Position numbers and translations under genes: made by a program | The notes under the pieces: model-generated | Told to the model about the DNA's origin: nothing | The model's database searches: none | What the model saw: only the letters and a program-made list of their open reading frames with translations | Source: Escherichia phage 236Ecol005PP | DNA length: 64,000 nt | Sequence record: PP434423.1 | Direction: 5' to 3' (one strand) | Part shown: one piece after another, positions 49,034 to 64,000 of the stretch | How positions within the stretch are numbered: the stretch's first letter is position 1 | Layout of the letters: the number at the start of each line of letters is the position of its first letter

Positions 49034-52000
49034 CAGTAAAAGCACCTTCAGTCACTAGTCTCAGAATTTCCAAGTTATCCGCAAATCAGGTGCAAGTACG
49101 CTGGGATGACGTTGGTGCTAATTTCTACTATTTTGTAGAAATCGCTGAGACAAAAACAAACTCGGGGGAAAATCTCCCGAGTAATCAATACAGATGGATT
49201 AACTTAGGATATACTGCAAATAACAGCTTCTTTTTTGATGATGCTGACCCATTGACATCATACGTTATTAGAGTAGCTACAGCTGCACAAGATTTTGAGC
49301 AGTCTGATTGGATTTATACCGAAGAGTTTGAAACTTTTGCTACAAATGCTTATACATTTCAAAACATGATTGAAATGCAATTAGCCAATAAATTCATTCA
49401 GGAAAAATTTACTCTTAATAATTCTGATTATGTCAATTTTAATAATGACACTATAATGGCTGCATTGATGAATGAATCATTTCAGTTCAGCCCGTCATAT
49501 GTTGATGTTTCATCAATAAGTAATTTTATTATTGGTGAAAATGAGTATCATGAAATACAAGGTTCTATTCAGCAAGTATGTAAGGATATTAACCGAGTTT
49601 ATTTGATGGAATCAGAAGGGATTCTATACCTTTTTGAGCGCTATCAACCTGTAGTTAAAGTATCCAATGATAAAGGACAAACTTGGAAAGCTGTAAAGCT
49701 CTTCAATGACCGCGTAGGATATCCTTTATCTAAGACAGTATATTACCAATCTGCTAACACAACATACGTTCTAGGATACGACAAGATTTTCTATGGCCGC
49801 AAATCGACTGATGTTAGATGGTCAGCTGATGATGTCAGATTTAGTTCTCAGGATATAACATTTGCTAAACTTGGCGACCAATTACATTTAGGATTTGATG
49901 TAGAAATTTTTGCCACTTACGCAACTTTACCAGCTAATGTATACCGTATTGCAGAAGCTATTACTTGCACCGATGATTACATTTACGTTGTCGCCAGAGA
50001 CAAAGTTAGATACATAAAAACGAGTAATGCACCTATAGATTCTGATCCATTATCTCCGACATATTCGGAAAGACTTTTTGAACCTGATACAATGACTATA
50101 ACCGGAAATCCTAAAGCAGTATGCTATAAAATGGATTCTGTCGGTGATAAAGTTTTTGCTCTTATTATTGGTGAAGTTGAAACATTAAATGCTAATCCTA
50201 GAACATCAAAAATAATTGATTCTGCTGATAAAGGAATATATGTTTTAAATCACGACACAAAAACGTGGAAAAGAGTTTTTGGCAATACTGAAGAAGAAAG
50301 AAGACGTATTCAACCAGGGTATGCGAATATGTCAACTGATGGCAAATTAGTTTCTCTATCATCGAGTAATTTTAAATTTTTAAGTGATAATGTTGTTAAT
50401 GACCCTGAAACTACAGCAAAATATCAGTTAATCGGTGCTGTTAAATATGAATTTCCTCGTGAATGGTTAGCTGATAAGCATTATCATATGATGGCATTTA
50501 TAGCAGATGAAAAGTCTGATTGGGAAACTTTTACTCCTCAGCCGATGAAATACTATGCAGAACCATTCTTTAACTGGTCTAAAAAATCTAACACACGTTG
50601 TTGGATAAACAACTCTGATAGGGTTGTAGTAGTTTATGCTGATTTAAAATACACTAAAGTTATAGAAAATATTCCGGAAACATCACCAGATAGATTAGTT
50701 CATGAATATTGGGATGATGGCGATTGTACTATAGTAATGCCAAATGTTAAATTCACTGGATTTAAAAAATATGCATCTGGGATGCTTTTCTATAAAGCCT
50801 CTGGCGAAATAATTTCTTACTATGATTTTAACTATCGTGTTAGAGACACTGTCGAAATTATTTGGAAGCCAACTGAAGTATTTTTAAAAGCATTTTTACA
50901 AAACCAAGAGCATGAAACCCCTTGGTCGCCTGAAGAAGAGCGTGGATTAGCTGACCCTGATTTAAGACCATTGATTGGCACAATGATGCCTGATTCTTAT
51001 TTGTTACAGGATTCGAATTTTGAGGCATTTTGCGAAGCATATATTCAGTATCTTTCTGATGGATATGGAACCCAGTATAATAATTTACGAAATTTAATTC
51101 GTAACAAATATCCACGAGAAGAGCATGCGTGGGAGTATTTGTGGTCAGAGATATATAAAAGAAACATTTATTTAAATGCTGACAAACGTGATGCTGTTGC
51201 AAGATTTTTCGAATCACGTAGCTATGATTTTTATTCTACTAAAGGAATTGAAGCATCATACAAATTTCTTTTTAAAGTTCTTTATAATGAAGAGGTTGAA
51301 ATTGAAATTGAATCTGGGGCTGGTACTGAATATGATATAATCGTTCAATCTGATTCTTTGACTGAAGACTTAGTAGGACAAACGATTTATACAGCTACAG
51401 GAAGATGTAATGTTACTTATATAGAAAGAAGCTATTCTAATGGTAAATTGCAATGGACCGTAACTATTCATAATCTTTTGGGAAGATTGATTGCTGGTCA
51501 AGAAGTTAAAGCAGAAAGACTTCCTAGTTTTGAAGGCGAAATTATTCGTGGGGTTAAAGGAAAGGATTTGCTTCAAAATAATATAGACTATATTAATAGA
51601 AGTCGATCATATTATGTAATGAAAATTAAATCCAATTTACCTTCTTCCCGCTGGAAATCTGACGTTATTCGTTTTGTTCATCCAGTAGGATTTGGATTTA
51701 TAGCAATTACCCTTTTAACGATGTTTATTAATGTTGGTTTAACTCTTAAACATACAGAGACCATAATTAATAAATACAAAAACTATAAATGGGATTCTGG
51801 ATTGCCTACTGAATATGCTGATAGAGTAGCTAAATTAACTCCAACCGGTGAAATTGAGCATGATTCGGTAACAGGCGAAGCAATTTATGAGCCTGGCCCA
51901 ATGGCTGGTGTAGAATATCCTCTTCCTGATGACTATAATGCTGAAAATAACAATTCAATATTTCAAGGTCAATTGCCGTCTGAACGACGCAAATTAATGA

Positions 52001-52128
52001 GTCCTCTATTTGACGCATCTGGAACAACATTTGCACAATTTAGGGATTTAGTTAATAAACGTCTAAAAGATAATATAGGAAATCCAAGAGACCCTGAAAA
52101 TCCAACACAGGTTAAAATAGATGAATGA
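49030..52128 (+). CDS. 7: Baseplate wedge protein gp7
   Basis: 1032 aa, T4 length/order. Confidence 0.9.
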   Translation: MTVKAPSVTSLRISKLSANQVQVRWDDVGANFYYFVEIAETKTNSGENLPSNQYRWINLGYTANNSFFFDDADPLTSYVIRVATAAQDFEQSDWIYTEEFETFATNAYTFQNMIEMQLANKFIQEKFTLNNSDYVNFNNDTIMAALMNESFQFSPSYVDVSSISNFIIGENEYHEIQGSIQQVCKDINRVYLMESEGILYLFERYQPVVKVSNDKGQTWKAVKLFNDRVGYPLSKTVYYQSANTTYVLGYDKIFYGRKSTDVRWSADDVRFSSQDITFAKLGDQLHLGFDVEIFATYATLPANVYRIAEAITCTDDYIYVVARDKVRYIKTSNAPIDSDPLSPTYSERLFEPDTMTITGNPKAVCYKMDSVGDKVFALIIGEVETLNANPRTSKIIDSADKGIYVLNHDTKTWKRVFGNTEEERRRIQPGYANMSTDGKLVSLSSSNFKFLSDNVVNDPETTAKYQLIGAVKYEFPREWLADKHYHMMAFIADEKSDWETFTPQPMKYYAEPFFNWSKKSNTRCWINNSDRVVVVYADLKYTKVIENIPETSPDRLVHEYWDDGDCTIVMPNVKFTGFKKYASGMLFYKASGEIISYYDFNYRVRDTVEIIWKPTEVFLKAFLQNQEHETPWSPEEERGLADPDLRPLIGTMMPDSYLLQDSNFEAFCEAYIQYLSDGYGTQYNNLRNLIRNKYPREEHAWEYLWSEIYKRNIYLNADKRDAVARFFESRSYDFYSTKGIEASYKFLFKVLYNEEVEIEIESGAGTEYDIIVQSDSLTEDLVGQTIYTATGRCNVTYIERSYSNGKLQWTVTIHNLLGRLIAGQEVKAERLPSFEGEIIRGVKGKDLLQNNIDYINRSRSYYVMKIKSNLPSSRWKSDVIRFVHPVGFGFIAITLLTMFINVGLTLKHTETIINKYKNYKWDSGLPTEYADRVAKLTPTGEIEHDSVTGEAIYEPGPMAGVEYPLPDDYNAENNNSIFQGQLPSERRKLMSPLFDASGTTFAQFRDLVNKRLKDNIGNPRDPENPTQVKIDE

Positions 52129-53125
52129 TTCAAGTGTTATCTATCGTGCGATAGTTACTTCAAAATTTAGAACAGAAAAAATGTTGAATTTTTATAATTC
52201 AATTGGAAGTGGTCCGGATAAAAACACTATCTTTATCACATTTGGAAGATCAGAACCGTGGTCATCAAATGAAAATGAGGTGGGCTTTGCTCCACCTTAT
52301 CCTACCGATTCCGTATTAGGTGTAACTGACATGTGGACTCATATGATGGGAACCGTAAAGGTTCTTCCATCTATGCTTGATGCAGTTATTCCTCGTAGAG
52401 ATTGGGGAGATACTAGATATCCGGATCCATACACATTTAGAATTAACGATATTGTAGTGTGTAACTCAGCTCCTTACAATGCTACTGAATCAGGCGCAGG
52501 CTGGTTAGTATATCGTTGTTTAGATGTTCCTGATACCGGAATGTGTTCAATAGCATCTTTAACTGATAAAGATGAATGCCTTAAGTTAGGTGGAAAATGG
52601 ACTCCTTCTGTTAGGTCAATGACTCCTCCTGAAGGTCGAGGAGACGCGGAAGGAACAATCGAACCCGGCGACGGATATGTTTGGGAATATCTTTTTGAGA
52701 TTCCGCCTGATGTATCTATAAATAGATGCACGAATGAATATATCGTGGTTCCTTGGCCTGAGGAATTAAAAGAAGACCCGGCTAGATGGGGGTATGAAGA
52801 TAATCTCACTTGGCAACAAGATGATTTTGGATTAATTTACCGTGTTAAGGCAAATACTATCCGTTTTAAAGCATATTTAGATTCAGTTTATTTTCCTGAG
52901 GCTGCATTGCCGGGAAATAAAGGATTTAGACAAATATCAATAATCACGAATCCTCTTGAAGCTAAAGCTCATCCAAATGACCCAAACGTTAAAGCTGAAA
53001 AGGATTATTATGATCCGGAAGATTTAATGAGGCATTCGGGCGAAATGATTTATATGGAAAATAGGCCACCTATTATCATGGCAATGGATCAAACAGAAGA
53101 AATCAATATTCTGTTTACATTTTAA
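52121..53125 (+). CDS. 8: Baseplate wedge protein gp8
   Basis: 334 aa, T4 length/order. Confidence 0.9.
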   Translation: MNDSSVIYRAIVTSKFRTEKMLNFYNSIGSGPDKNTIFITFGRSEPWSSNENEVGFAPPYPTDSVLGVTDMWTHMMGTVKVLPSMLDAVIPRRDWGDTRYPDPYTFRINDIVVCNSAPYNATESGAGWLVYRCLDVPDTGMCSIASLTDKDECLKLGGKWTPSVRSMTPPEGRGDAEGTIEPGDGYVWEYLFEIPPDVSINRCTNEYIVVPWPEELKEDPARWGYEDNLTWQQDDFGLIYRVKANTIRFKAYLDSVYFPEAALPGNKGFRQISIITNPLEAKAHPNDPNVKAEKDYYDPEDLMRHSGEMIYMENRPPIIMAMDQTEEINILFTF

Positions 53126-53130
53126 CTTAA

Positions 53131-53153
53131 GGGAGCCCATGGGCTCCCTTTTT
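53131..53153 (+). terminator. rho-independent terminator after gene 8
   Basis: GGGAGCC-CAUG-GGCUCCC followed by UUUUU. Confidence 0.65.
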
Positions 53154-53156
53154 CTT

Positions 53157-53164
53157 TATAAATA
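53157..53164 (+). promoter_or_regulatory. late promoter (TATAAATA) for gene 9
   Basis: exact TATAAATA 25 nt upstream of gene 9 ATG. Confidence 0.6.
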
Positions 53165-53188
53165 CTATAAACTCATAAGGAAACCGCT

Positions 53189-54055
53189 ATGTTCATTCAA
53201 GAACCAAAGAAATTGATTGATACCGGCGAAATTGGTAACGCTTCTACTGGTGATATCTTATTCGACGGTGGTAATAAAATTAATAGTGATTTTAACGCAA
53301 TTTATAATGCGTTTGGCGATCAACGTAAAATGGCAGTAGCAAATGGAACTGGAGCAGATGGCCAAATTATCCATGCTACTGGATATTATCAAAAACACTC
53401 TATTGCAGAGTACGCAACTCCAGTAAAAGTTGGCACTAGGCATGATATTGATACCTCTACTGTAGGTGTTAAAGTTATCATTGAAAGAGGCGAACTTGGT
53501 GACTGCGTTGAATTTATTAACTCAAATGGATCTATATCAGTTACTAATCCTTTAACGATTCAAGCAATTGATTCAATTAAAGGTGTTTCGGGTAATTTAG
53601 TAGTAACTAGCCCATACAGTAAAGTAACTTTACGCTGTATTTCATCTGATAATTCTACATCGGTTTGGAATTATTCTATTGAAAGCATGTTTGGACAAAA
53701 GGAATCACCAGCTGAAGGTACATGGAATATTTCTACATCCGGATCAGTTAATATTCCACTATTTCATCGCACTGAATACAATATGGCTAAATTGCTAGTT
53801 ACATGCCAATCAGTAGATGGAAGAAAAATTAAAACAGCAGAAATAAATATTCTTGTGGATACTGTTAATTCAGAGGTCATTTCTTCTGAATATGCTGTCA
53901 TGCGAGTTGGGAATGAAACCGAAGAAGACGAAATCGCTAATATTGCATTTAGTATTAAAGAAAATTATGTAACGGCGACTATAAGTTCTCCAACTGTCGG
54001 TATGAGAGCAGCAGTTAAAGTTATCGCTACGCAGAAAATCGGGGTGGCTCAATAA
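53189..54055 (+). CDS. 9: Baseplate wedge/long-tail-fibre socket protein gp9
   Basis: 288 aa, T4 length/order. Confidence 0.9.
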   Translation: MFIQEPKKLIDTGEIGNASTGDILFDGGNKINSDFNAIYNAFGDQRKMAVANGTGADGQIIHATGYYQKHSIAEYATPVKVGTRHDIDTSTVGVKVIIERGELGDCVEFINSNGSISVTNPLTIQAIDSIKGVSGNLVVTSPYSKVTLRCISSDNSTSVWNYSIESMFGQKESPAEGTWNISTSGSVNIPLFHRTEYNMAKLLVTCQSVDGRKIKTAEINILVDTVNSEVISSEYAVMRVGNETEEDEIANIAFSIKENYVTATISSPTVGMRAAVKVIATQKIGVAQ

Positions 54056-55863
54056 TGAAACAAAATATTAATATCGGTAATGTTGTTGATGATGGTACCG
54101 GTGACTACCTGCGTAAAGGTGGTATAAAAATAAATGAAAACTTTGATGAGCTTTATTATGAGCTCGGTGATGGAGATGTTCCATATTCAGCCGGTGCCTG
54201 GAAAACTTATGATGCTTCATCTGGCCAAACACTAAAAGCTGAGTGGGGAAAATCATACGCTATTAATACCTCTTCTGGAAGAGTAACTATAAATCTTCCA
54301 AAAGGAACTGTCAATGATTACAACAAGGTAATTAGAGCTAGAGACGTATTTGCTACATGGAACGTCAACCCAGTTACATTAGTAGCTGCTTCCGGCGATA
54401 CGATTAAAGGGTCTGCAGTACCAGTTGAAATTAATGTTCAATTCAGCGATTTGGAATTAGTGTATTGCGCCCCAGGACGTTGGGAATATGTCAAAAATAA
54501 GCAAATTGACAAAATTACCAGTTCAGACATTAGTAATGTAGCTCGTAAAGAATTTTTAGTCGAAGTCCAAGGACAAACAGACTTTTTAGATGTTTTCCGT
54601 GGAACTAGTTATAATGTAAATAACATCAGAGTAAAACATCGTGGTAACGAATTGTACTACGGCGATGTATTTAGTGAAAACAGCGATTTTGGCTCTCCGG
54701 GCGAAAACGAAGGTGAATTAGTTCCTCTTGATGGATTTAATATTCGATTAAGACAGCCTTGTAATATTGGTGATACTGTTCAAATTGAAACATTTATGGA
54801 TGGCGTATCACAGTGGAGAAGTTCATATACAAGACGTCAAATTAGAGTGTTAGATTCAAAATTAACGTCAAAAACTTCTTTAGAAGGAAGCATTTACGTT
54901 ACTGATTTATCAACAATGAAATCAATTCCGTTTTCAGCTTTTGGATTAATTCCAGGTGAACCTATTAATCCTAATTCTCTCGAGGTCCGTTTTAATGGAA
55001 TTTTACAAGAATTGGCTGGAACAGTTGGAATGCCATTATTTCATTGCGTTGGTGCCGATTCAGACGATGAAGTAGAATGCTCTGTTTTAGGTGGAACTTG
55101 GGAACAGTCTCATACCGACTATTCAGTTGAAACTGATGAAAACGGCATACCAGAAACATTGCACTTCGATAGAGTATTTGAGCACGGCGACATTATTAAT
55201 ATCACTTGGTTTAATAATGATTTAGGTACATTATTAACAAAAGATGAGATTATTGATGAAACTGATAATCTCTATGTATCGCAAGGACCAGGAGTAGATA
55301 TTTCCGGTGATGTAAATTTAACAGACTTCGATAAAATTGGTTGGCCAAATGTAGAAGCAGTTCAATCCTATCAACGTGAATTTAATGCTGTTTCAAATAT
55401 CTTTGATACGATTTATCCTATTGGAACTATATATGAAAACGCTGTTAATCCAAATAACCCTGTTACATATATGGGATTCGGCTCATGGAAATTATTTGGG
55501 CAAGGAAAAGTTTTAGTTGGATGGAATGAAGATATTTCGGACCCTAACTTTGCTTTAAATAACAACGATTTAGATTCGGGCGGAAATCCTTCACATACTG
55601 CAGGCGGAACAGGTGGTTCTACTTCTGTTACATTGGAAAATGCTAATCTTCCTGCAACTGAGACAGATGAAGAAGTTCTAATAGTTGATGAAAATGGATC
55701 AGTCATTGTTGGTGGATGTCAATACGATCCAGATGAATCTGGTCCAGTTTACACGAAATACCGTGAAGCTAAAGCATCTACTAACTCTACTCACACTCCG
55801 CCAACATCAATAACTAACATTCAACCATATATTACAGTTTATCGTTGGATAAGGATTGCATAA
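54055..55863 (+). CDS. 10: Baseplate wedge protein gp10
   Basis: 602 aa, T4 length/order. Confidence 0.9.
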   Translation: MKQNINIGNVVDDGTGDYLRKGGIKINENFDELYYELGDGDVPYSAGAWKTYDASSGQTLKAEWGKSYAINTSSGRVTINLPKGTVNDYNKVIRARDVFATWNVNPVTLVAASGDTIKGSAVPVEINVQFSDLELVYCAPGRWEYVKNKQIDKITSSDISNVARKEFLVEVQGQTDFLDVFRGTSYNVNNIRVKHRGNELYYGDVFSENSDFGSPGENEGELVPLDGFNIRLRQPCNIGDTVQIETFMDGVSQWRSSYTRRQIRVLDSKLTSKTSLEGSIYVTDLSTMKSIPFSAFGLIPGEPINPNSLEVRFNGILQELAGTVGMPLFHCVGADSDDEVECSVLGGTWEQSHTDYSVETDENGIPETLHFDRVFEHGDIINITWFNNDLGTLLTKDEIIDETDNLYVSQGPGVDISGDVNLTDFDKIGWPNVEAVQSYQREFNAVSNIFDTIYPIGTIYENAVNPNNPVTYMGFGSWKLFGQGKVLVGWNEDISDPNFALNNNDLDSGGNPSHTAGGTGGSTSVTLENANLPATETDEEVLIVDENGSVIVGGCQYDPDESGPVYTKYREAKASTNSTHTPPTSITNIQPYITVYRWIRIA

Positions 55864-56522
55864 TGAGTTTACTTAATAATAAAGCGGGAGTTATTTCCCG
55901 CTTAGCCGATTTTCTTGGTTTTAGACCTAAAACTGGCGACATCGATGTAATGAATCGTCAATCAGTTGGGTCAGTGACAATTTCTCAATTAGCGAAAGGA
56001 TTTTATGAACCAAACGTAGAATCAGCTATTAATGACGTTCATAATTTTTCTATAAAAGACGTTGGTACAATTATTACTAATAAAACTGGTGTTTCTCCTG
56101 AGGGTGTTTCTCAAACTGATTATTGGGCATTTTCGGGAACTGTAACAGATGATTCGCTTCCTCCTGGTTCTCCTGTTACTGTATTAGTATTCGGTCTTCC
56201 AGTTTCAGCAACAACCGGAATGACAGCTATTGAGTTTGTCGCCAAAGTTCGTGTTGCACTGCAAGAAGCTATTGCGTCATTTACTGCTATCAATTCATAT
56301 AAAGACCATCCAACCGATGGTAGTAAATTAGAAGTTACTTATTTAGATAATCAGAAACATGTATTAAGCACATATTCCACATATGGAATAACTATTTCCC
56401 AAGAAATTATTTCAGAATCTAAGCCTGGATATGGCACATGGAATTTGCTTGGTGCACAAACTGTAACTTTAGATAATCAGCAAACTCCGATAGTACTTTA
56501 TCATTTTGAGAGAACAGCATGA
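55863..56522 (+). CDS. 11: Baseplate wedge protein gp11 (short-fibre attachment)
   Basis: 219 aa from ATG overlapping gp10 stop (TAATG); ORF track begins 6 codons upstream. Confidence 0.85.
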   Translation: MSLLNNKAGVISRLADFLGFRPKTGDIDVMNRQSVGSVTISQLAKGFYEPNVESAINDVHNFSIKDVGTIITNKTGVSPEGVSQTDYWAFSGTVTDDSLPPGSPVTVLVFGLPVSATTGMTAIEFVAKVRVALQEAIASFTAINSYKDHPTDGSKLEVTYLDNQKHVLSTYSTYGITISQEIISESKPGYGTWNLLGAQTVTLDNQQTPIVLYHFERTA

Positions 56523-58102
56523 GTAATAATACATACCAACACGTTTCTAATGAATCTCGCTATGTAAAATTTGATCCAACTGGCACAAATTTTCCAGCAG
56601 AGATTACTGATGTTCAGGCTGCTATAGCAGCCATTTCTCCTGCTGGTGTAAATGGAGTTCCTGACGCATCATCAACAACAAAGGGAATTTTATTTCTTGC
56701 CACTGAACAGGAAGTTATCGACGGAACTGATAATACCAAAGCAGTTACACCAGCAACGTTGGCAACAAGATTATCTTATCCAAACGCAACTGAAACTGTT
56801 TACGGATTAACAAGATATTCAACCAATGATGAAGCGATTGCTGGAGTTAATAATGAATCTTCTATAACTCCTGCTAAATTTACTGTTGCCCTTAATAATG
56901 CCTTTGAAACTCGTGTTTCAACTGAATCAAAGAATGGAGTTATTAAAATTTCATCTCTACCGCAAGCATTAGCTGGCGCAGATGATACTACTGCAATGAC
57001 TCCATTAAAAACGCAGCAGTTAGCTATTAAACTAATTGCGCAAATCGCTCCTTCTGAATCCACAGCTACCGAATCGGCCCAAGGTGTTGTTCAATTAGCG
57101 ACAGTAGCTCAAGTTCGTCAAGGAACTTTAAGAGAAGGCTATGCAATTTCTCCTTATACGCTAATGAATTCTACTGCTACTGAAGAATATAAAGGCGTAA
57201 TTAAATTAGGAACACAATCAGAAGTTAACTCGAATAATGCTTCTGTTGCGGTTACTGGTGCAACTCTTAATGGTCGTGGTTCTACAACGTCAATGAGAGG
57301 CGTAGTTAAATTAACTACAACCGCCGGCTCACAGAGTGGAGGTGATGCTTCATCAGCACTAGCTTGGAATGCTGACGTTATCCACCAAAGAGGTGGTCAA
57401 ACGATTAATGGAACACTTCGCATTAATAATACGCTTACAATAGCTTCAGGTGGAGCAAATATTACCGGAACAGTTAACATGACCGGTGGTTATATTCAGG
57501 GTAAGCGTGTTGTAACACAGAATGAAATAGATAGAACTATTCCTGTCGGAGCTATTATGATGTGGGCGGCTGATAGCCTTCCTAGTGATGCTTGGCGCTT
57601 TTGTCATGGCGGAACTGTTTCAGCGTCGGATTGCCCATTATATGCTTCTAGAATTGGAACAAGATACGGCGGAAGCTCATCAAATCCTGGATTACCTGAT
57701 ATGCGTGGCCTTTTTGTTCGCGGCTCTGGTCGCGGCTCTCACTTAACAAATCCAAATGTTAATGGTAATGACCAATTTGGTAAGCCTAGATTAGGTGTAG
57801 GTTGTACTGGTGGATATGTTGGCGAAGTGCAAAAACAGCAGATGTCTTATCATAAACACGCTGGCGGATTCGGCGAGTCAGATGATTCTGGAGCATTTGG
57901 TAATACCCGTAGATCAAATTTTGTTGGTACACGTAAAGGACTTGACTGGGATAACCATTCATACTTCACCAATGATGGATATGAAATCGACCCAGCATCA
58001 CAACGAAATTCCAAATATACACTAAATCGTCCTGAATTAATTGGAAATGAAACACGTCCATGGAACATTTCTTTAAACTACATAATTAAGGTAAAAGAAT
58101 GA
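56519..58102 (+). CDS. 12: Short tail fibre gp12
   Basis: 527 aa, T4 length/order. Confidence 0.9.
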   Translation: MSNNTYQHVSNESRYVKFDPTGTNFPAEITDVQAAIAAISPAGVNGVPDASSTTKGILFLATEQEVIDGTDNTKAVTPATLATRLSYPNATETVYGLTRYSTNDEAIAGVNNESSITPAKFTVALNNAFETRVSTESKNGVIKISSLPQALAGADDTTAMTPLKTQQLAIKLIAQIAPSESTATESAQGVVQLATVAQVRQGTLREGYAISPYTLMNSTATEEYKGVIKLGTQSEVNSNNASVAVTGATLNGRGSTTSMRGVVKLTTTAGSQSGGDASSALAWNADVIHQRGGQTINGTLRINNTLTIASGGANITGTVNMTGGYIQGKRVVTQNEIDRTIPVGAIMMWAADSLPSDAWRFCHGGTVSASDCPLYASRIGTRYGGSSSNPGLPDMRGLFVRGSGRGSHLTNPNVNGNDQFGKPRLGVGCTGGYVGEVQKQQMSYHKHAGGFGESDDSGAFGNTRRSNFVGTRKGLDWDNHSYFTNDGYEIDPASQRNSKYTLNRPELIGNETRPWNISLNYIIKVKE

Positions 58103-59562
58103 CAGATATTGTACTGAATGACTTACCATTCGTTGACGGCCCTCCTGCAGAGGGCCAGAGCCGCATTTCCTGGATTAAAAACGGCGAAGAAATATTAGGA
58201 GCTGACACACAGTATGGAAGTGAAGGCTCAATGAATAGACCTACAGTTTCTGTACTAAGAAATGTTGAAGTTCTTGATAAAAACATTGGAATACTTAAAA
58301 CATCTTTAGAATCCGCGAATAGTGATATTAAAACAATTCAGGGCATCTTAGATGTATCTGGTGATATTGAAGCTTTGGCCCAAATAAGTATCAATAAAAA
58401 GGATATTTCTGACCTTAAAACGCTAACCAGTGAACATACAGAAATATTAAATGGAACTAATAGTACAGTTGACAGCATTCTTGCTGATATTGGTCCATTT
58501 AACTCCGAGGCTAACTCTGTATACAGAACGATCAGAAATGATTTACTGTGGATAAAGCGTGAACTTGGACAATACACAGGCCAAGATATTAATGGTCTTC
58601 CTGTTGTAGGAAATCCTAGCACAGGAATGAAGCATCGCATTATTAATAATACTGATGTCATCACTTCACAGGGAATACGTTTAAGCGAATTAGAAACAAA
58701 ATTTATTGAATCTGATGTAGGTTCTTTAACTATTGAAGTTGGTAATCTCCGTGAAGAGCTTGGACCTAAACCACCGTCATTTTCACAAAACGTTTACAGC
58801 CGCTTAAATGAAATTGACACTAAACAGACAACAGTTGAGTCTGACATTAGTGCTATTAAGACCTCAATAGGATATCCAGGAAATAATTCGATTATTACGA
58901 GTGTTAATACAAACACTGATAATATTGCATCTATTAATTTAGAGCTAAATCAAAGTGGAGGTATTAAACAGCGTTTAACCGTTATTGAAACTTCTATTGG
59001 TTCAGATGATATTCCTTCGAGTATTAAAGGCCAAATCAAAGATAATACAACTTCAATCGAAGCTCTAAATGGAATCGTCGGTGAAAACACTTCATCCGGT
59101 TTAAGAGCGAATGTTTCGTGGTTAAACCAAATTGTTGGAACTGATTCTAGCGGTGGACAACCTTCTCCTCCTGGGTCTCTTTTAAACCGAGTTTCTACAA
59201 TTGAAACTTCTGTTTCAAGCTTGAACAACGATGTTCAGAACCTACAAGTAGAGATTGGTAATAACAGCACAGGAATTAAAGGGCAAGTTGTAGCGTTAAA
59301 TACCTTAGTAAATGGAACTAATCCAAACGGTTCAACTGTCGAAGAACGTGGATTAACCAATTCAATAAAAGCTAACGAAACTAACATTGCATCAGTTACA
59401 CAAGAAGTGAATACAGCCAAAGGTAGTATATCTTCTCTGCAAGGTGATGTTCAAGCTCTACAAGAAGCAGGTTATATTCCTGAAGCTCCAAAAGATGGCC
59501 AAGCTTACGTTCGTAAAGACGGCGAATGGGTATTACTTTCTACCTTTTTATCACCAGCATAA
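58099..59562 (+). CDS. wac: Fibritin (whisker antigen control)
   Basis: 487 aa; long coiled-coil; C-terminal foldon [27 protein letters not shown]. Confidence 0.95.
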   Translation: MTDIVLNDLPFVDGPPAEGQSRISWIKNGEEILGADTQYGSEGSMNRPTVSVLRNVEVLDKNIGILKTSLESANSDIKTIQGILDVSGDIEALAQISINKKDISDLKTLTSEHTEILNGTNSTVDSILADIGPFNSEANSVYRTIRNDLLWIKRELGQYTGQDINGLPVVGNPSTGMKHRIINNTDVITSQGIRLSELETKFIESDVGSLTIEVGNLREELGPKPPSFSQNVYSRLNEIDTKQTTVESDISAIKTSIGYPGNNSIITSVNTNTDNIASINLELNQSGGIKQRLTVIETSIGSDDIPSSIKGQIKDNTTSIEALNGIVGENTSSGLRANVSWLNQIVGTDSSGGQPSPPGSLLNRVSTIETSVSSLNNDVQNLQVEIGNNSTGIKGQVVALNTLVNGTNPNGSTVEERGLTNSIKANETNIASVTQEVNTAKGSISSLQGDVQALQEAGYIPEAPKDGQAYVRKDGEWVLLSTFLSPA

Positions 59563-59565
59563 CAT

Positions 59566-59581
59566 GGGGCCGCAAGGCCCC
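59566..59581 (+). terminator. hairpin after wac
   Basis: GGGGCC-GCAA-GGCCCC 4 nt after wac stop; no U-run. Confidence 0.4.
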
Positions 59582-59594
59582 AAAGGATTTTTAA

Positions 59595-61296
<1,702 letters not shown>

Positions 61297-61337
61297 TAAA
61301 TATTATAAACTAATTAAAGCCCAGATTAGGAGAAATC

Positions 61338-64000
<2,663 letters not shown>

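Noticed and set aside
50858-51217. Minus-strand ORFs within late genes 5-12 and wac (e.g. 45618..45818, 50858..51217, 52474..52809, 56800..57063, 58338..58664)
   Set aside because: All embedded antisense in long, T4-collinear structural genes; no independent signals.

Overview
This window is a 64-kb segment of a T4-like (Tequatrovirus-type) myovirus genome, essentially collinear with phage T4 from gene 46 to gene 17. Core proteins are close to T4 but not identical (lysozyme e differs at a few residues), so this is a T4 relative rather than T4 itself; all names are from my own reading of motifs and gene order, and no database search was run. Positions 1-43,870 are transcribed on the minus strand and carry early/middle genes: 46 (partial), 47, a-gt, 55, nrdH, nrdG, nrdD interrupted by a group I intron with a split endonuclease ORF, 49, nrdC, a ~12-kb accessory block up to rI, tk, regB, denV, lysozyme e, nudE, a 10-tRNA array, 57B, 57A, 1, 3, 2 and 4. 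Positions 43,918-64,000 are plus-strand late genes: 53, 5, 5.1, 5.4, 6-12, wac and 13-17 (17 partial). The most interesting material is in the accessory slots: five internal-protein genes sharing only the capsid-targeting leader, a nucleotidyltransferase/AAA+ ATPase pair, a macro-domain protein, a four-gene paralog array, four homing-endonuclease-like ORFs, two extra tRNAs relative to T4, and a non-coding tRNA-like region. I found no CRISPR array, no rRNA and no integrase or transposase.
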